64,000 nucleotides of DNA from Candidatus Poribacteria bacterium (GTDB taxonomy: Bacteria > Poribacteria > WGA-4E > WGA-3G), in contig CAXXLX010000001.1 of assembly GCA_963665235.2 (NCBI GenBank), forward strand, positions 2,144,001 through 2,208,000, written 5' to 3'. The translations under genes were made by a program, and so were the position numbers. Shown here in pieces: positions 10,533-21,300 of the stretch. A model generated the notes under the pieces. It searched no databases and was not told the origin of the DNA. It saw nothing but the letters and a program-made list of their open reading frames with translations. The first letter of the stretch is position 1. Every line of letters starts with the position of its first letter.

Positions 10533-12467
10533 ATGAAATTAACCGTAAGTCTAATTTCAACCGTTATTTTCGTGTTGATGATATGTCTACAAATTAGTTT
10601 CGCCCAATATGAGCCGTACACCCAACTTAGTTTACCCGAAGGTGCCAAAGCCCGGCTCGGCAAAGGGAGTATCTCTGAGGTACTATATTCTCCGGATGGA
10701 ACTCGGTTAGCAGTCGTGAGTGACGTTGGTGTTTGGCTTTATGATACCGTGGCCTATCAAGAGCTATCTCTGATTACGGGGCATACCCGTTCTTTCGTCT
10801 GTATGAGTTTCAGTTCGCATGGTCGCATCTTGGCAACAGGCAGTTTTGACAAAACAGTGCGGCTGTGGGACACTGACACGGGTGAAAATCTTAAAGTAAT
10901 AGCGGCACATCCGAGTACTGTTATAGAGGTGTGTCTGAGTCCAGAGGGCAGCACAAGCGCAAGTCTCAGTATTGCTAACGGCAGTACGATACGATTGTGG
11001 GACATTCCTACCGGTGCTCATTTAAAAACACTCACTGGACACACCCGCGATGTCAATAGTGTGAGTTTTAGTCCGGATGGTCAAACAATCGCAAGTGGCA
11101 GCGAAGACAAAACGGTGCGACTGTGGGATGTTGCCACGGGCGCGCCCTTAAAAGTACTCACTGGACATACTGACAGTATTTACACCGTCCGTTTTAGTCC
11201 GGATGGCCGCATAATCGCAAGTGGTAGCGGAAACGAGCTGGATCCAAATCGTAGTGATAACGAAGTACGGTTGTGGGATGCCGCTACAGGAGCACTTCTG
11301 AAAACGCTTGAAGGACATGAGCTATTGGTTACCGATGTCAGTTTTAGTCCGGATGGTCGAACAATCGCAAGTGCTAGTGTAGATAAAACGGTGCGGTTAT
11401 GGGATGTCGCCACGGGTGAACAGATAAAAACGCTTACTGGACATACCGCTTATTATGCTTACAGCGTAAGTTTTAGCCCGGATGGTGAACGAATCGCTAC
11501 CGGCAGTACAGACGAGGTGTGGGTGTGGGATGTTGCTACAGGGGAACGCATAAAAACACTTACTGGATATACTGCCGGTGGTTACGGTAACAGTGTCCGT
11601 TTTAGTCCAGATGGTCGAACAATCGCTGACGGCGGCTGGGGTAAGGTGTATTTTTGGGATGCCACCGCGGGGGCACTCCTCAAAGTGCTGGATGGGCATC
11701 ACATTGATGTTTTGTGTGTGCGTTTTTCTCCGGATGGACACACGCTCTTCAGCGGTAATAGGCTTGGGTGGACAACTGGAACAAACGCTCAGTTTCCGAA
11801 CGACGAACGATTGGGGAATTCAGTCACAGGAATAAACCTGGAAACACTCATTCGTGCGGGGCACGTAAACCGGGTTCGGAGTATGGATTTCAGTCCAGAT
11901 GGACGCACAGTCGCAACCGGAGGTAACGACAAAACGATAGGATTGTGGGATGCTACCACGGGCGCACTTCTAAAAACGCTCACAGGACATACCGGTGATG
12001 TCAGCAGTGTCTGTTTTGGCCCGAACGGCCGCATCCTGGCAAGCAGCAGTAGCGACAATACTGTGCGGCTGTGGGATGCCACCACGGGGGCACCTCTGAA
12101 TACACTCACAGGACACACCCGCGCCGTTTTCAGCATCAATTTCAGTCCAGACAGTCAACTTCTTGCAAGTGGGGGCGCGGATGATATATTGATATGGAAT
12201 GTTACCACGGGTGAACTCTTAAAAACGTTTACTGAGACAGGATCAGTTTACAGTGTGAGTTTCAATCCGGATAGTAAGATTCTCGCGAGTGGGAGTGCTG
12301 ATGGTAAAGTGCGTCTTTGGAATGTTGCCACGGGGACTCTCCTAAAAACATTCACAGGGCATATTGGGAATATCAATAGTGTAAGTTTTAGTCCTGATGG
12401 TCGTACCCTCGCGAGCAGGAGTGAGGACGAAACGATACTCCTATGGAAAATACTTGAATATAAGTAA
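10533..12467 (+). CDS. Secreted WD40-repeat protein
   Basis: AAGGA RBS before ATG 10533; LPEGAKARLGKG; about 14 WD repeats. Confidence 0.92.
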   Translation: MKLTVSLISTVIFVLMICLQISFAQYEPYTQLSLPEGAKARLGKGSISEVLYSPDGTRLAVVSDVGVWLYDTVAYQELSLITGHTRSFVCMSFSSHGRILATGSFDKTVRLWDTDTGENLKVIAAHPSTVIEVCLSPEGSTSASLSIANGSTIRLWDIPTGAHLKTLTGHTRDVNSVSFSPDGQTIASGSEDKTVRLWDVATGAPLKVLTGHTDSIYTVRFSPDGRIIASGSGNELDPNRSDNEVRLWDAATGALLKTLEGHELLVTDVSFSPDGRTIASASVDKTVRLWDVATGEQIKTLTGHTAYYAYSVSFSPDGERIATGSTDEVWVWDVATGERIKTLTGYTAGGYGNSVRFSPDGRTIADGGWGKVYFWDATAGALLKVLDGHHIDVLCVRFSPDGHTLFSGNRLGWTTGTNAQFPNDERLGNSVTGINLETLIRAGHVNRVRSMDFSPDGRTVATGGNDKTIGLWDATTGALLKTLTGHTGDVSSVCFGPNGRILASSSSDNTVRLWDATTGAPLNTLTGHTRAVFSINFSPDSQLLASGGADDILIWNVTTGELLKTFTETGSVYSVSFNPDSKILASGSADGKVRLWNVATGTLLKTFTGHIGNINSVSFSPDGRTLASRSEDETILLWKILEYK

Positions 12468-12472
12468 GGCTG

Positions 12473-13669
12473 CTATAAAAGAGATGCCTGCTTAAAAACT
12501 GTCTCTCCACCCACCTCAATCTGGACCGGTGCCAAATACGGATAGATAGCTTTCGTATCCACATCCACACCGAGACCGGGCAGCTCTTTCACCCGAACCA
12601 TGCCATCGGGCTCAACCGCAAACGGTTGCTTTATTAGTCGTTGCGACAGTTCTGAACCTGCAGCAGGATATTCCAATAGTGTAAAATCTGGGTTTGTCGC
12701 AAAGACATGAAGGGCGGCGGCAAGACTTAGATGACTTTTAAAGGTGTGATTGACATACTGTATCCCGTGCTGTTCAGCAAGTTGTCGTACCTGAAAAGAG
12801 GGCATAATCCCGCCGATACGTCCCGTGTCAATCTGCACAAACTGGATACCGCCGTGCAAAATCAGCTCTTCTGCCATGTGGTAGGTGTTTGACCCCTCCC
12901 CCGCTGCGATAGGCACGCGTGGATTCTTCGCGGTGAGCGAACCGTACGCAGCAATTGCATCGGGAGCGAGCGGTTCTTCCAACCATGTAGGAGAGAATTC
13001 GGCAAACGCTTCTGCACGTTTGTAAGCAGTTTCGTAATCTGTGCCCCAGACGACACCTGCATCAATCATAACTTGTGCATCTGTTCCCATACCTTCACGC
13101 GCAGCACGGACAAGGGCAATATCGTTTTCCTCACCGAATTTGCCCATCGGGCCCCAACCGAACTTCGCCGCGCTATATCCCTGTTCACACAACTGCATCG
13201 CAATATGATAGGTGGCATCCGGTGTATCCCCAAAGAGAACGGACGCATACGGCAGTTTCGGATGTGCTATATCAGACGTGCCGGTCATCTCTGCAAGAAG
13301 GGAGTAAACAGGTTTATCTAAATGCTTACCAATTATATCCCACAACGCCACTTCTGCCCCGCTATAGGCATGCTGTATCTGTTGAATGTCCAAACCGTTC
13401 CGCAGCACCTTTTCACTGAGGCGTAGCACATCTTCAGGACCATCAAGCATTTCACCAATTAATGAGGTGCGGATGTTAATGATATTCCCGTGCGATATTG
13501 GGCAGCAATAAGCAGCTAAGCTTACCAACGGCGAGGCATCACATTCCCCCCATCCCTCAAGTCCCGCATCCATGCGAATTCGGACTAGAAGCGTATCTTG
13601 CGTGCCATCCGCTGCAGTCGTGATTATAGGCATCCGCAAATAGAAGGGGTCAACTGCGATAATTTTCAT
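12473..13669 (-). CDS. Mandelate racemase/muconate lactonizing enzyme family protein
   Basis: GLEGWGE, AKFGWGP, MIDAG, WLEEP, IAAGE; start MKIIAVD overlaps upstream stop (ATGA). Confidence 0.9.
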   Translation of the reverse strand: MKIIAVDPFYLRMPIITTAADGTQDTLLVRIRMDAGLEGWGECDASPLVSLAAYCCPISHGNIINIRTSLIGEMLDGPEDVLRLSEKVLRNGLDIQQIQHAYSGAEVALWDIIGKHLDKPVYSLLAEMTGTSDIAHPKLPYASVLFGDTPDATYHIAMQLCEQGYSAAKFGWGPMGKFGEENDIALVRAAREGMGTDAQVMIDAGVVWGTDYETAYKRAEAFAEFSPTWLEEPLAPDAIAAYGSLTAKNPRVPIAAGEGSNTYHMAEELILHGGIQFVQIDTGRIGGIMPSFQVRQLAEQHGIQYVNHTFKSHLSLAAALHVFATNPDFTLLEYPAAGSELSQRLIKQPFAVEPDGMVRVKELPGLGVDVDTKAIYPYLAPVQIEVGGETVFKQASLL

Positions 13670-14175
13670 GGTTCGGTGGCAGACGTTTCTGTTTCGGCAC
13701 CAACGTCCGCTGGGGCAATTGGCGGTGTTTGTACTTCTTTCTGTTCTTTGCTTGGAACTGATAGGGAACGCATAACGGAAATGACGAACCACCCTAGCAA
13801 ACCCGCCGCGGCCCCGGCACACATCGCAATTCCTGCACCTTTCGGTGTCGCTAATCGGTCTAACGTTTGCCGGTCCACTTCACATGAAAGGTTTTTGATA
13901 TTTTTTACCGCAACGTTGCGGGTGTCCCCGTGCTGGACGTACTCCACGGTTGGTGCGGTAGTGCCATCTATTTCAATATCGGCGTTCCATGTAGGCGCGT
14001 TCATATTGAGCCTACTTGTTCCTTCTTCGCCCACCCAGCTGGCTTTTATACCTTTTAGGTCCCCCTCGGCATCACGAATCGGTTCCACGCGTGTACTTGA
14101 AAGGACACGTCCAAGAAAACCGAGGGCTATATCTTTGGATTTTAACAGCGCGACACGCAAATTTTCTGAATTCAT
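13666..14175 (-). CDS. Hypothetical protein with one C-terminal TM helix
   Basis: 169-aa ORF, RBS GAGG, translationally coupled to the racemase. Confidence 0.6.
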   Translation of the reverse strand: MNSENLRVALLKSKDIALGFLGRVLSSTRVEPIRDAEGDLKGIKASWVGEEGTSRLNMNAPTWNADIEIDGTTAPTVEYVQHGDTRNVAVKNIKNLSCEVDRQTLDRLATPKGAGIAMCAGAAAGLLGWFVISVMRSLSVPSKEQKEVQTPPIAPADVGAETETSATEP

Positions 14176-14371
14176 ACCTCTTCTCCAAATTTGATATAAT
14201 TCTCACCCTCTATTTTGCCATATTTTTACAAAAAAAGCAACCTTATTTTTCGTTTTTTGGGTGTAAAGTTTTTGTCGTATGATAGATGGAAGGATGGAAG
14301 AGTGGATTTCGCGTGTGTATTGTCTGAACAATTACTTTATGCATATATCCCCCAGAATGATGTTATCCAGT

Positions 14372-15115
14372 CTAATCGTTATATTTTATTATCGTAATAG
14401 GGGTTAACATCTCAGACAATGCTTGACACTTCATTTTTACTTGGATGTTGTTACCGCCATGATCCAAATCATCTTTGGAACGTTTTTCATGTTTCCCATT
14501 ACCGCCTTTCCTTTGAATCGTAAAACATGAATGTAAAGAAATGACCCCTCTGGACGTGATTTTGACATCAATTGATTCTCTTAATAATTCCAGTAGTTCC
14601 TCCATTTTATAAACCGAAATAATCTGAGCGTCCGATTTAATTAGTACAAAAAGTTTGGGAGAATTCTCACCCTGTAAACTGTATTTTAGAATATCAAAAG
14701 CTTTGTTATAGTTTAGTTCGCGAAGAATAAAATCAGTGTCCTCACTACTAATCCAGTTTGTTTTTGAGTTTTTTGCTTTCCTTACCGTTGACCTTTCTAG
14801 AACTTGTTTAAAGTTATCCGAAAAACCGAAGCGGGCTACAAAGACTTCAATTTTCATGCGCGTAACTTGATTAAACCCAGTCCCTTTAAAGGACTTAATA
14901 CTTGCTTTAAAAGTGTGCCCTCCTATTGTGCGAATAAACACATCAGATTTCTTTCCATACTGCCCTTCCCGTATCATGAACTCTATTTCTTGGTTTTCCG
15001 GAGCAAATTCTGAAAACGCCTCAGCAATTTTTTTCATATTTTGTGGGTTTTTGGCTATCTCGCGACAAAATAGGTCTTCAAAATATGTCCCTTTATGCGC
15101 ATTTCGATTTGTCAT
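14372..15115 (-). CDS. Type II restriction endonuclease, HinP1I/MspI-like PD-(D/E)XK fold
   Basis: KG..FE, KSDV...SIK, GFNQ, ITSRG.I, TIQRKGG, NIQVK parallel the HinP1I motifs as recalled; adjacent to an MTase; AT-rich. Confidence 0.72.
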   Translation of the reverse strand: MTNRNAHKGTYFEDLFCREIAKNPQNMKKIAEAFSEFAPENQEIEFMIREGQYGKKSDVFIRTIGGHTFKASIKSFKGTGFNQVTRMKIEVFVARFGFSDNFKQVLERSTVRKAKNSKTNWISSEDTDFILRELNYNKAFDILKYSLQGENSPKLFVLIKSDAQIISVYKMEELLELLRESIDVKITSRGVISLHSCFTIQRKGGNGKHEKRSKDDLDHGGNNIQVKMKCQALSEMLTPITIIKYND

Positions 15116-15127
15116 TCACTTGCCCTC

Positions 15128-15958
15128 TTAATAATTAAAAGCGATCATTTCCTGACTTTTATTTTGTGTAAAATACTGCAATGACCTCATCAAAGTAATA
15201 GCTCTAACTGTGTAGGATTCAGGAAGGTCAAATATTTCGGGGTGATTTTGTTCGGATAAAACGACTTTATTTTTTAATTCAATGGTTCTTAAAAACTGAT
15301 TGAACTCACCTAAATCAAGAACGCCATTATAATGCCCATTGGTATTATTGAAATAGGGTGGGTCAAGATACAAAAAAGAGTTCTCGAGACAAGCAAAGTC
15401 TTTGTAATCCTTGTTCATTATGGTTAAGTCTGCAATGATTTTACTTAAATTCAACAATGAATCAAGATGGACTTTAGGACATGTGCTCCCTTTTCTGATA
15501 GGCGAATTGAATTTATTGCTTGAATTGAATCTGATTTTTCCTGAAAACGCGTTCTTTGCAAGGTAAAGGAAGTTCGCCGCCCCCTGAACCCCGTTTTCTA
15601 AACAGAGCTCCCGGACGTGGTAATAATATTCGGAGGAAGAATTATGGTAATGTTCGTTATACAGTTCCCATAACCGAGATGGAGATGTTTGAACGTGCCG
15701 TATTAGGTTTACAATGACAGGGTTATTGTCGTTATAGGTAACGCGGTGTGAGCCGAACCTATCACAGGCATAAAAAGAGAATCCCCCACCGCCTCCAAAT
15801 ATATCATAAATATGACATTCAAGGTTATCAGGTATTATTTTATCAAAAATATCTTTGAAACCTGCTTTACAACCAATGTAAGGAATTATCTTTAGAGCAG
15901 CACGTTTGTTTGTTACAACAAACTCGGATTGCTGTCCATTGGCAAAGTCTTTATTCAT
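15128..15958 (-). CDS. D12-class (Dam-like) DNA adenine methyltransferase
   Basis: IPYIGCK, DIFGGGG, NDNN, LYLDPPY; alternative start at 15970. Confidence 0.88.
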   Translation of the reverse strand: MNKDFANGQQSEFVVTNKRAALKIIPYIGCKAGFKDIFDKIIPDNLECHIYDIFGGGGGFSFYACDRFGSHRVTYNDNNPVIVNLIRHVQTSPSRLWELYNEHYHNSSSEYYYHVRELCLENGVQGAANFLYLAKNAFSGKIRFNSSNKFNSPIRKGSTCPKVHLDSLLNLSKIIADLTIMNKDYKDFACLENSFLYLDPPYFNNTNGHYNGVLDLGEFNQFLRTIELKNKVVLSEQNHPEIFDLPESYTVRAITLMRSLQYFTQNKSQEMIAFNY

Positions 15959-15960
15959 TT

Positions 15961-15992
15961 TTGACTCCATCTGCTAAAGCATGAGGATTCTT
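15961..15992 (-). mobile_element. Degenerate IS200/IS605-type right-end remnant
   Basis: Minus strand AAGAATCCTCATGCTTTAGCAGATGGAGTCAA resembles IS605 ends (GAATCC..CTTTAG..GGAG..TCAA). Confidence 0.4.
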
Positions 15993-16521
15993 AGGGACCT
16001 TGTATTGCTCCATATCGTATAGCTACTAAAATTTGGACAATGTGTCTGCGTTTGCTGAGAAGGACGGAGGTTTAGCCATCTATTTACCGCGTCCGGGCGG
16101 CGCATCGTCCCTCTCCCGATTTAACAAGTGCCCGTGTTTGAAAGCAATAGCATCAGCTCGAAGTGGGCAAAGTTTCCTACCTTTGATGCACCCGTGTGCC
16201 AGAAAACGAACAGAATCTATCAGACATTTTCCAAACTTTCACTTTATCACTTCAATTGTACACACAATTGCCTTTTTTGTCAAATTTTTTCCGCGGTTTT
16301 TTTCATTACACACACCCAAGTTGCCACATAGTAGCATAATCTTCCAGATTGTGCATATTTGTGGGCAAATTGGAAGTGAACGGGACAAATATTAGCTAAT
16401 TATCAGCATATTTTCAGTAAAGACGGTGTTTCCAGGTCTAAAAACTTATAAGTAGCAACTTGGGTTACACACTTAGATTGATGTGTGGTTTGTTTCGGTT
16501 TCGGGAAGTTGTTTGCAATCT

Positions 16522-17697
16522 CTACGAATGAATTGATTTCGCTCGCTCGGTCATTATTACGTTGAGGATTTCATCCGCAACAAATAGACGGTTGCGCTGT
16601 TGCCCTGTCATTTCCCTGAGTTTACCCTTTTCGATGAGGTAATTTATTCCACGCTGGACAGTAGGAAACGGCAATTTCGTGATTTTCACCAAATCTGAAA
16701 TTGAAATAATAGGTGTTCCGAATAGATACTCAATCAATGCGTTTACAGCCTTTGGCACCTTCGGTTCTCTTGCAATCTTTCCATATTCTTCTTTCAATGC
16801 AAGGAGTTTTTGAATCGTTGAAAGAGCATCTTCAGATTGTTCACAAATCCCTTTTAAGAAAAACGTGAGCCACGCGTTCCATTCGCCTTTTTGGCTTATG
16901 TTCAACAACAATTCGTAATAGCGAGCTCTATGCCGCTCAAAAAAATCGGAGAGATATAGCAGAGGTTGTGATAATAAACCTCTTTCTATTAACATAAAAG
17001 TTATCAGAAGTCTACCGATTCTTCCATTTCCATCAACGAATGGGTGAATTGCCTCAAATTGATAGTGGATTAGTGCACATTGAATCAAGGTTGGTTCTTT
17101 CGCTTTGGAATGGATATACTTCTCCAATTCTGAAAAACACTCCTTCATTTCTGGCACCGGCGGGGGTACATAGGTCGCGTCCATCAAAGTGCACCCGGGT
17201 TTCCCAATCCAATTTTGACTTGTGCGCATTAATCCCGGGAAGGCGTGTTCACCACGTACCCCGCTCATTAAAATTTTGTGAATTTCGCAGAGTAGTCTGA
17301 GACTTATCGGCAAGTCTGGCAACCTGCTGATTCCGTACTCTAGAGCATTAACGTAGTTGACGAGTTCCTGTACATCAGGTATACGTGGGGATGCGGTTTT
17401 ATCCGCTTCAAACAAAAAGAGTTCGTCCAAACCAGATTGTGTATTTTCGATTCTGGAACTCATCACTGCTTCTCGTCGAATAAACGGACCTATTAATAAG
17501 TGTGGATTTGGAAGTAATTGACCAGCTCCGGATAATTTCCCAAGCTTAATATTTGCTTCTGAAAGAAGACTCGCCAACTCCCAATTCAATTCAATTTTCG
17601 GCGGAAGCGGATTTGGTACATAAGCCCAATATGGATGATACCCTACGCTACGGATACATCTGCCTGCACTTGAATTTGCGAAGTTTTCTGGATTCAT
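16522..17697 (-). CDS. Fic family protein (Fic_N/DUF4172, Fic, C-terminal HTH)
   Basis: EAVMSSRIEN; HPFVDGNGRIGR Fic motif; C-terminal HTH-like segment. Confidence 0.93.
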   Translation of the reverse strand: MNPENFANSSAGRCIRSVGYHPYWAYVPNPLPPKIELNWELASLLSEANIKLGKLSGAGQLLPNPHLLIGPFIRREAVMSSRIENTQSGLDELFLFEADKTASPRIPDVQELVNYVNALEYGISRLPDLPISLRLLCEIHKILMSGVRGEHAFPGLMRTSQNWIGKPGCTLMDATYVPPPVPEMKECFSELEKYIHSKAKEPTLIQCALIHYQFEAIHPFVDGNGRIGRLLITFMLIERGLLSQPLLYLSDFFERHRARYYELLLNISQKGEWNAWLTFFLKGICEQSEDALSTIQKLLALKEEYGKIAREPKVPKAVNALIEYLFGTPIISISDLVKITKLPFPTVQRGINYLIEKGKLREMTGQQRNRLFVADEILNVIMTERAKSIHS

Positions 17698-17712
17698 CTT
17701 TAAAGGACTTTC

Positions 17713-17808
17713 CGTTAATAAGAAATGGTGTTATTAACGTTTACACTACGAAACGTTAATAAGAAAAGATGTTATTAACGTTTACACTACGAAACGTTAA
17801 TAAGAAAA
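17713..17808. repeat. 41-bp tandem repeat (about 2.3 copies) with internal 12-9-12 palindrome
   Basis: CGTTAATAAGAAA at 17713, 17754, 17795; AAACGTTAATAA-9nt-TTATTAACGTTT at 17751-17783. Confidence 0.9.
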
Positions 17809-17990
17809 GGATAAATTTTGGGGTTGCCACCATTAAGCATTTAAAGAGTATACCATGGATTTCGACAGAGGTCAAATCTTTTTTGCGAATCTCCCTCTCC
17901 CCTCCCCCAACTTTTTGACAAAATATTTACGCACCCTCCATTTTTGCTTGCATAAAGACACAAAATATGAGAAAATAGGTTAAGAATAGA

Positions 17991-18308
17991 ATGTTGACAC
18001 ACAGGAGAAACATAGTGGAAAAGATACGGGAATTAGTCACACTGCTGGAAACCGGAATAGAGGACTATGACAAACAACTAAAGGTACTACAGGCGGAACG
18101 ACTGAAATATATTCGGCTCTCAATAACCGAAGGATTCGGCACTGGCGAAGACCAATCTAAAGAATCATGGCTCCTTCACCTCAAACAGTTAGAGGACTCG
18201 TTGGAACTCCGGATAAGGTCGCTCAAGCAGGCGGTTCAAGAGGCTGCCGAGTCCTTTCAAAAAGCGGTTCAGGAATCTGCCGAGGCCGCTCAAGAGATGG
18301 AGACGTAA
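17991..18308 (+). CDS. Hypothetical coiled-coil protein
   Basis: 105-aa helical ORF; GTG 18015 after AGGAG is a likely alternative start. Confidence 0.65.
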   Translation: MLTHRRNIVEKIRELVTLLETGIEDYDKQLKVLQAERLKYIRLSITEGFGTGEDQSKESWLLHLKQLEDSLELRIRSLKQAVQEAAESFQKAVQESAEAAQEMET

Positions 18309-18314
18309 TTTAAA

Positions 18315-21300
18315 GTGCTAGCTCGTTTAACCCGCGCAAATACATTGTTAAGCTGGGGCATAGTGGCGATTTTGAGTGCTATCACGGTAGTAGGCATGCA
18401 CCGAGTGCCGTTATATGCACAGGAAGCAGACAGCAACCGAACCCTTGCAAACGCAATTCAACACCAGAATTTAGGGTTGGCATATCTTGAGGAATCTCAA
18501 CCGATGAAGGCAGTGCAGGAGTTTACCGCCCTCATTGAACTGCTCCCTCACGAGGCAATCGGCTACGGAAACCTCGCTGTGGCGCACCTGCGGTTACAGC
18601 AGGCAGACGTTGCTGAAAAATGGGTGAAGCGCGGCATTGACACCGCACCGATGGAGAGTCAACTCCACTTCATCCTGTCCGAAGTCTATCAGCTAAAAGG
18701 GGAAAGCGCGTCGGCAGTGGAAGCCATGAAAGAAGCGGTGCGGTTGGCACCGGACGAATTGGAATTTCGTTACAAACTCGTTCGGCATTACCTTGGACAG
18801 CGAAACAACCCAGACGCACAGCAGGAAGCAGTTCGCCACCTACAAGAACTGCACACCCGCTCCCCCGTGAATGTTGTTGTACTGCTGAAGTTGACACAGG
18901 GATTGATAGCACAATCGCAATTTGAAGAAGCCGAAAAGCTGTGTCAACAGTTGATGCTCCTTCTAGGCGATACCGATGCTGAAAAGTTGGCATATTTAAC
19001 ACAAGGCATAAACGCAATAAAACGGAGCGACCTAAAGGCTGCCTCACGAAATATCCGTATTTTTGAGAACTTGCATCGGGCAAGCCCGCGCTATCAGCAG
19101 GGTATAGGTGAATTGGTGACCGATATCCTTGGGCACCCAATAGAGACGTTTCGTCCAGGATTTAAGGCACGCATCGCCGCGAAAAAGCAGCCACCGATTG
19201 TAGTAGAATTTGTGGATGTCACCGAATCCCTCGGACTTGCCAATCTGCAAAATGTGCAAAATGTGCAAAGCGAACCGGCACAGCACATAACCTTGTCGTT
19301 AATCGACTACGACAACGATGGACATCTAGATATCTATGTAACCCCGACAGGAACACTCCTTAAAAATGTAGGTGGCACGTTTGTGCAGGAGAACGGAGCA
19401 CGCGACGCTCCAAAACCACACACTGTTGCACACATCGATTTGGATAAGGACGGTACACAAGAATTCCTATTGCAAACGCAAGCGGGGATAACGCACCTCC
19501 GAAAAGATGCGGAGGGGAATTGGGTAGCCGCTCCGTTAATCCAATATCAGGAGGCAGCAGATGACACAGGCGTACTACTCCCCGTCGACTTTGACCACGA
19601 TGGCGACCTTGACCTGTTTTCCGGACGCGCCGGTATCACAATGTATCAGAACAACGGAAACGGGACGTTCACAGATATTGGGGCGCAAACCTTTACTGGC
19701 GACCAGCAAACGCCGACAGATGCCTTCGCTGCAGATTTCGATGACGATGGCGATATCGATATATTTGCTGTCCATCGCGAAACGGGCTGCACACTTTTCG
19801 ACAACCTGCGCCAAGGAAAGCTTCGGACGCTCAATAGCGAAACCGGTATTCCGCAAGATGTCCATTATACCGCGGTTGCCCCCGGAGATTACGATAACGA
19901 TGGGGATATAGACCTGTTTTTAGCCACTACAACCGGCATAAACCTATACCGCAATAGAGGCGATGCAACTTTTGTTAATGACACGCGGTCAAAACAGATT
20001 TTAGAAAAAGAGCGTGACGCACCGACAGCCACACTAAAAAGTCTCGATTACGATAATGATGGGTTTCTGGACCTATTGCTTAGCAGTAAACAGGGATTAT
20101 CCCTATTTCGGAACGATGGCACCGGTCGTTTCACTGACACCAGCACTATTCTAAAAACCGCCGCACCGTTGGAAAAGGGTATCGTTGACGCAGCAGTGGG
20201 CGATTACGATAACGATGGCGATTTAGACCTGTTTTTGCTTAACGACAAAGGACAACTGTCTGCTCTCCAAAACAGCGGCGGAAATCGGAACAATTGGATA
20301 CAGGTTCGATTGGAGGGTATTACGACAGGCAATAACAAAGTGAATCGGAGCGGCATCGGTTCCAAATTAGAGGTGAAAGTGAGTGACCTCTATCAATTAC
20401 AATATGTATCACACCCGGTGTCACATTTCGGGTTAGGTACGTTTGAGGCGGCGGATGTCGTTCGGGTTGTGTGGACGAACGGTGTCCCACAGAACGTTAT
20501 CACACCGAAAGCAAAACAGCGCATCATAGAGAAACAGATATTGAAGGGCTCCTGTCCGTTTCTGTACGTCTACGATGGAGAGAAATACCGGTTCGTCACC
20601 GATTTGCTTTGGCGTGCCCCGCTTGGACTTATCACGGCTATGGGGTTTGTTGCACCGGATGAGACGAAGGATTTCGTAAAAATCTCGGCATCTCAGATGC
20701 GTCCTAAATCCGGCAAATATTCCATTCAGATTACAGAGGAATTGTGGGAAACCGCCTATTTCGATAGGGTCAAACTTATAGTTGTTGACCATCCGGCAGG
20801 GATGGAAATCTTCGTAAACGAACAGTACACCCCACCCCCCTTTGCAGAATTCAAGATATACGGTGTCGCAAGGAAAAACCATCCGAAATCGGTTGTAAAT
20901 CATAAAGGTGAAGATGTATCCGATGCCTTAAAAACGCCCGATTACCGCTACGCCGTTGAACACGCCCCTGGTCCCTACCAAGGCGTTGTGGAACCGCATG
21001 CAATTGTGCTTGATCTTGGCGATATTCCCGATAATGAACCGGTGATGCTGTATCTGAACGGTTGGATTTTTCCTACGGATACGAGTATCAATGTCGCCTT
21101 GTCCCAAAACCCAGCGATTCAGCCGCGTTTTCCTTCGGTGGCCGTGAAGGACAAAACGGGTGAGTGGAAAACCGTTATGGATATGATTGGCATACCTGCC
21201 GGTAAAAATAAAACGATTACCGTCGAGCTGACAGGCAAATTTTTGTCCGATGACCGACACGTTCGTATTGAAACCAACATGCAAATTTACTGGGATGCCG

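Noticed and set aside
16033-16395. 120-aa ORF as a controller protein of the R-M system
   Set aside because: No HTH, atypical composition, opposite strand; likely spurious
17713-17808. CRISPR repeat
   Set aside because: Head-to-tail tandem with no spacers
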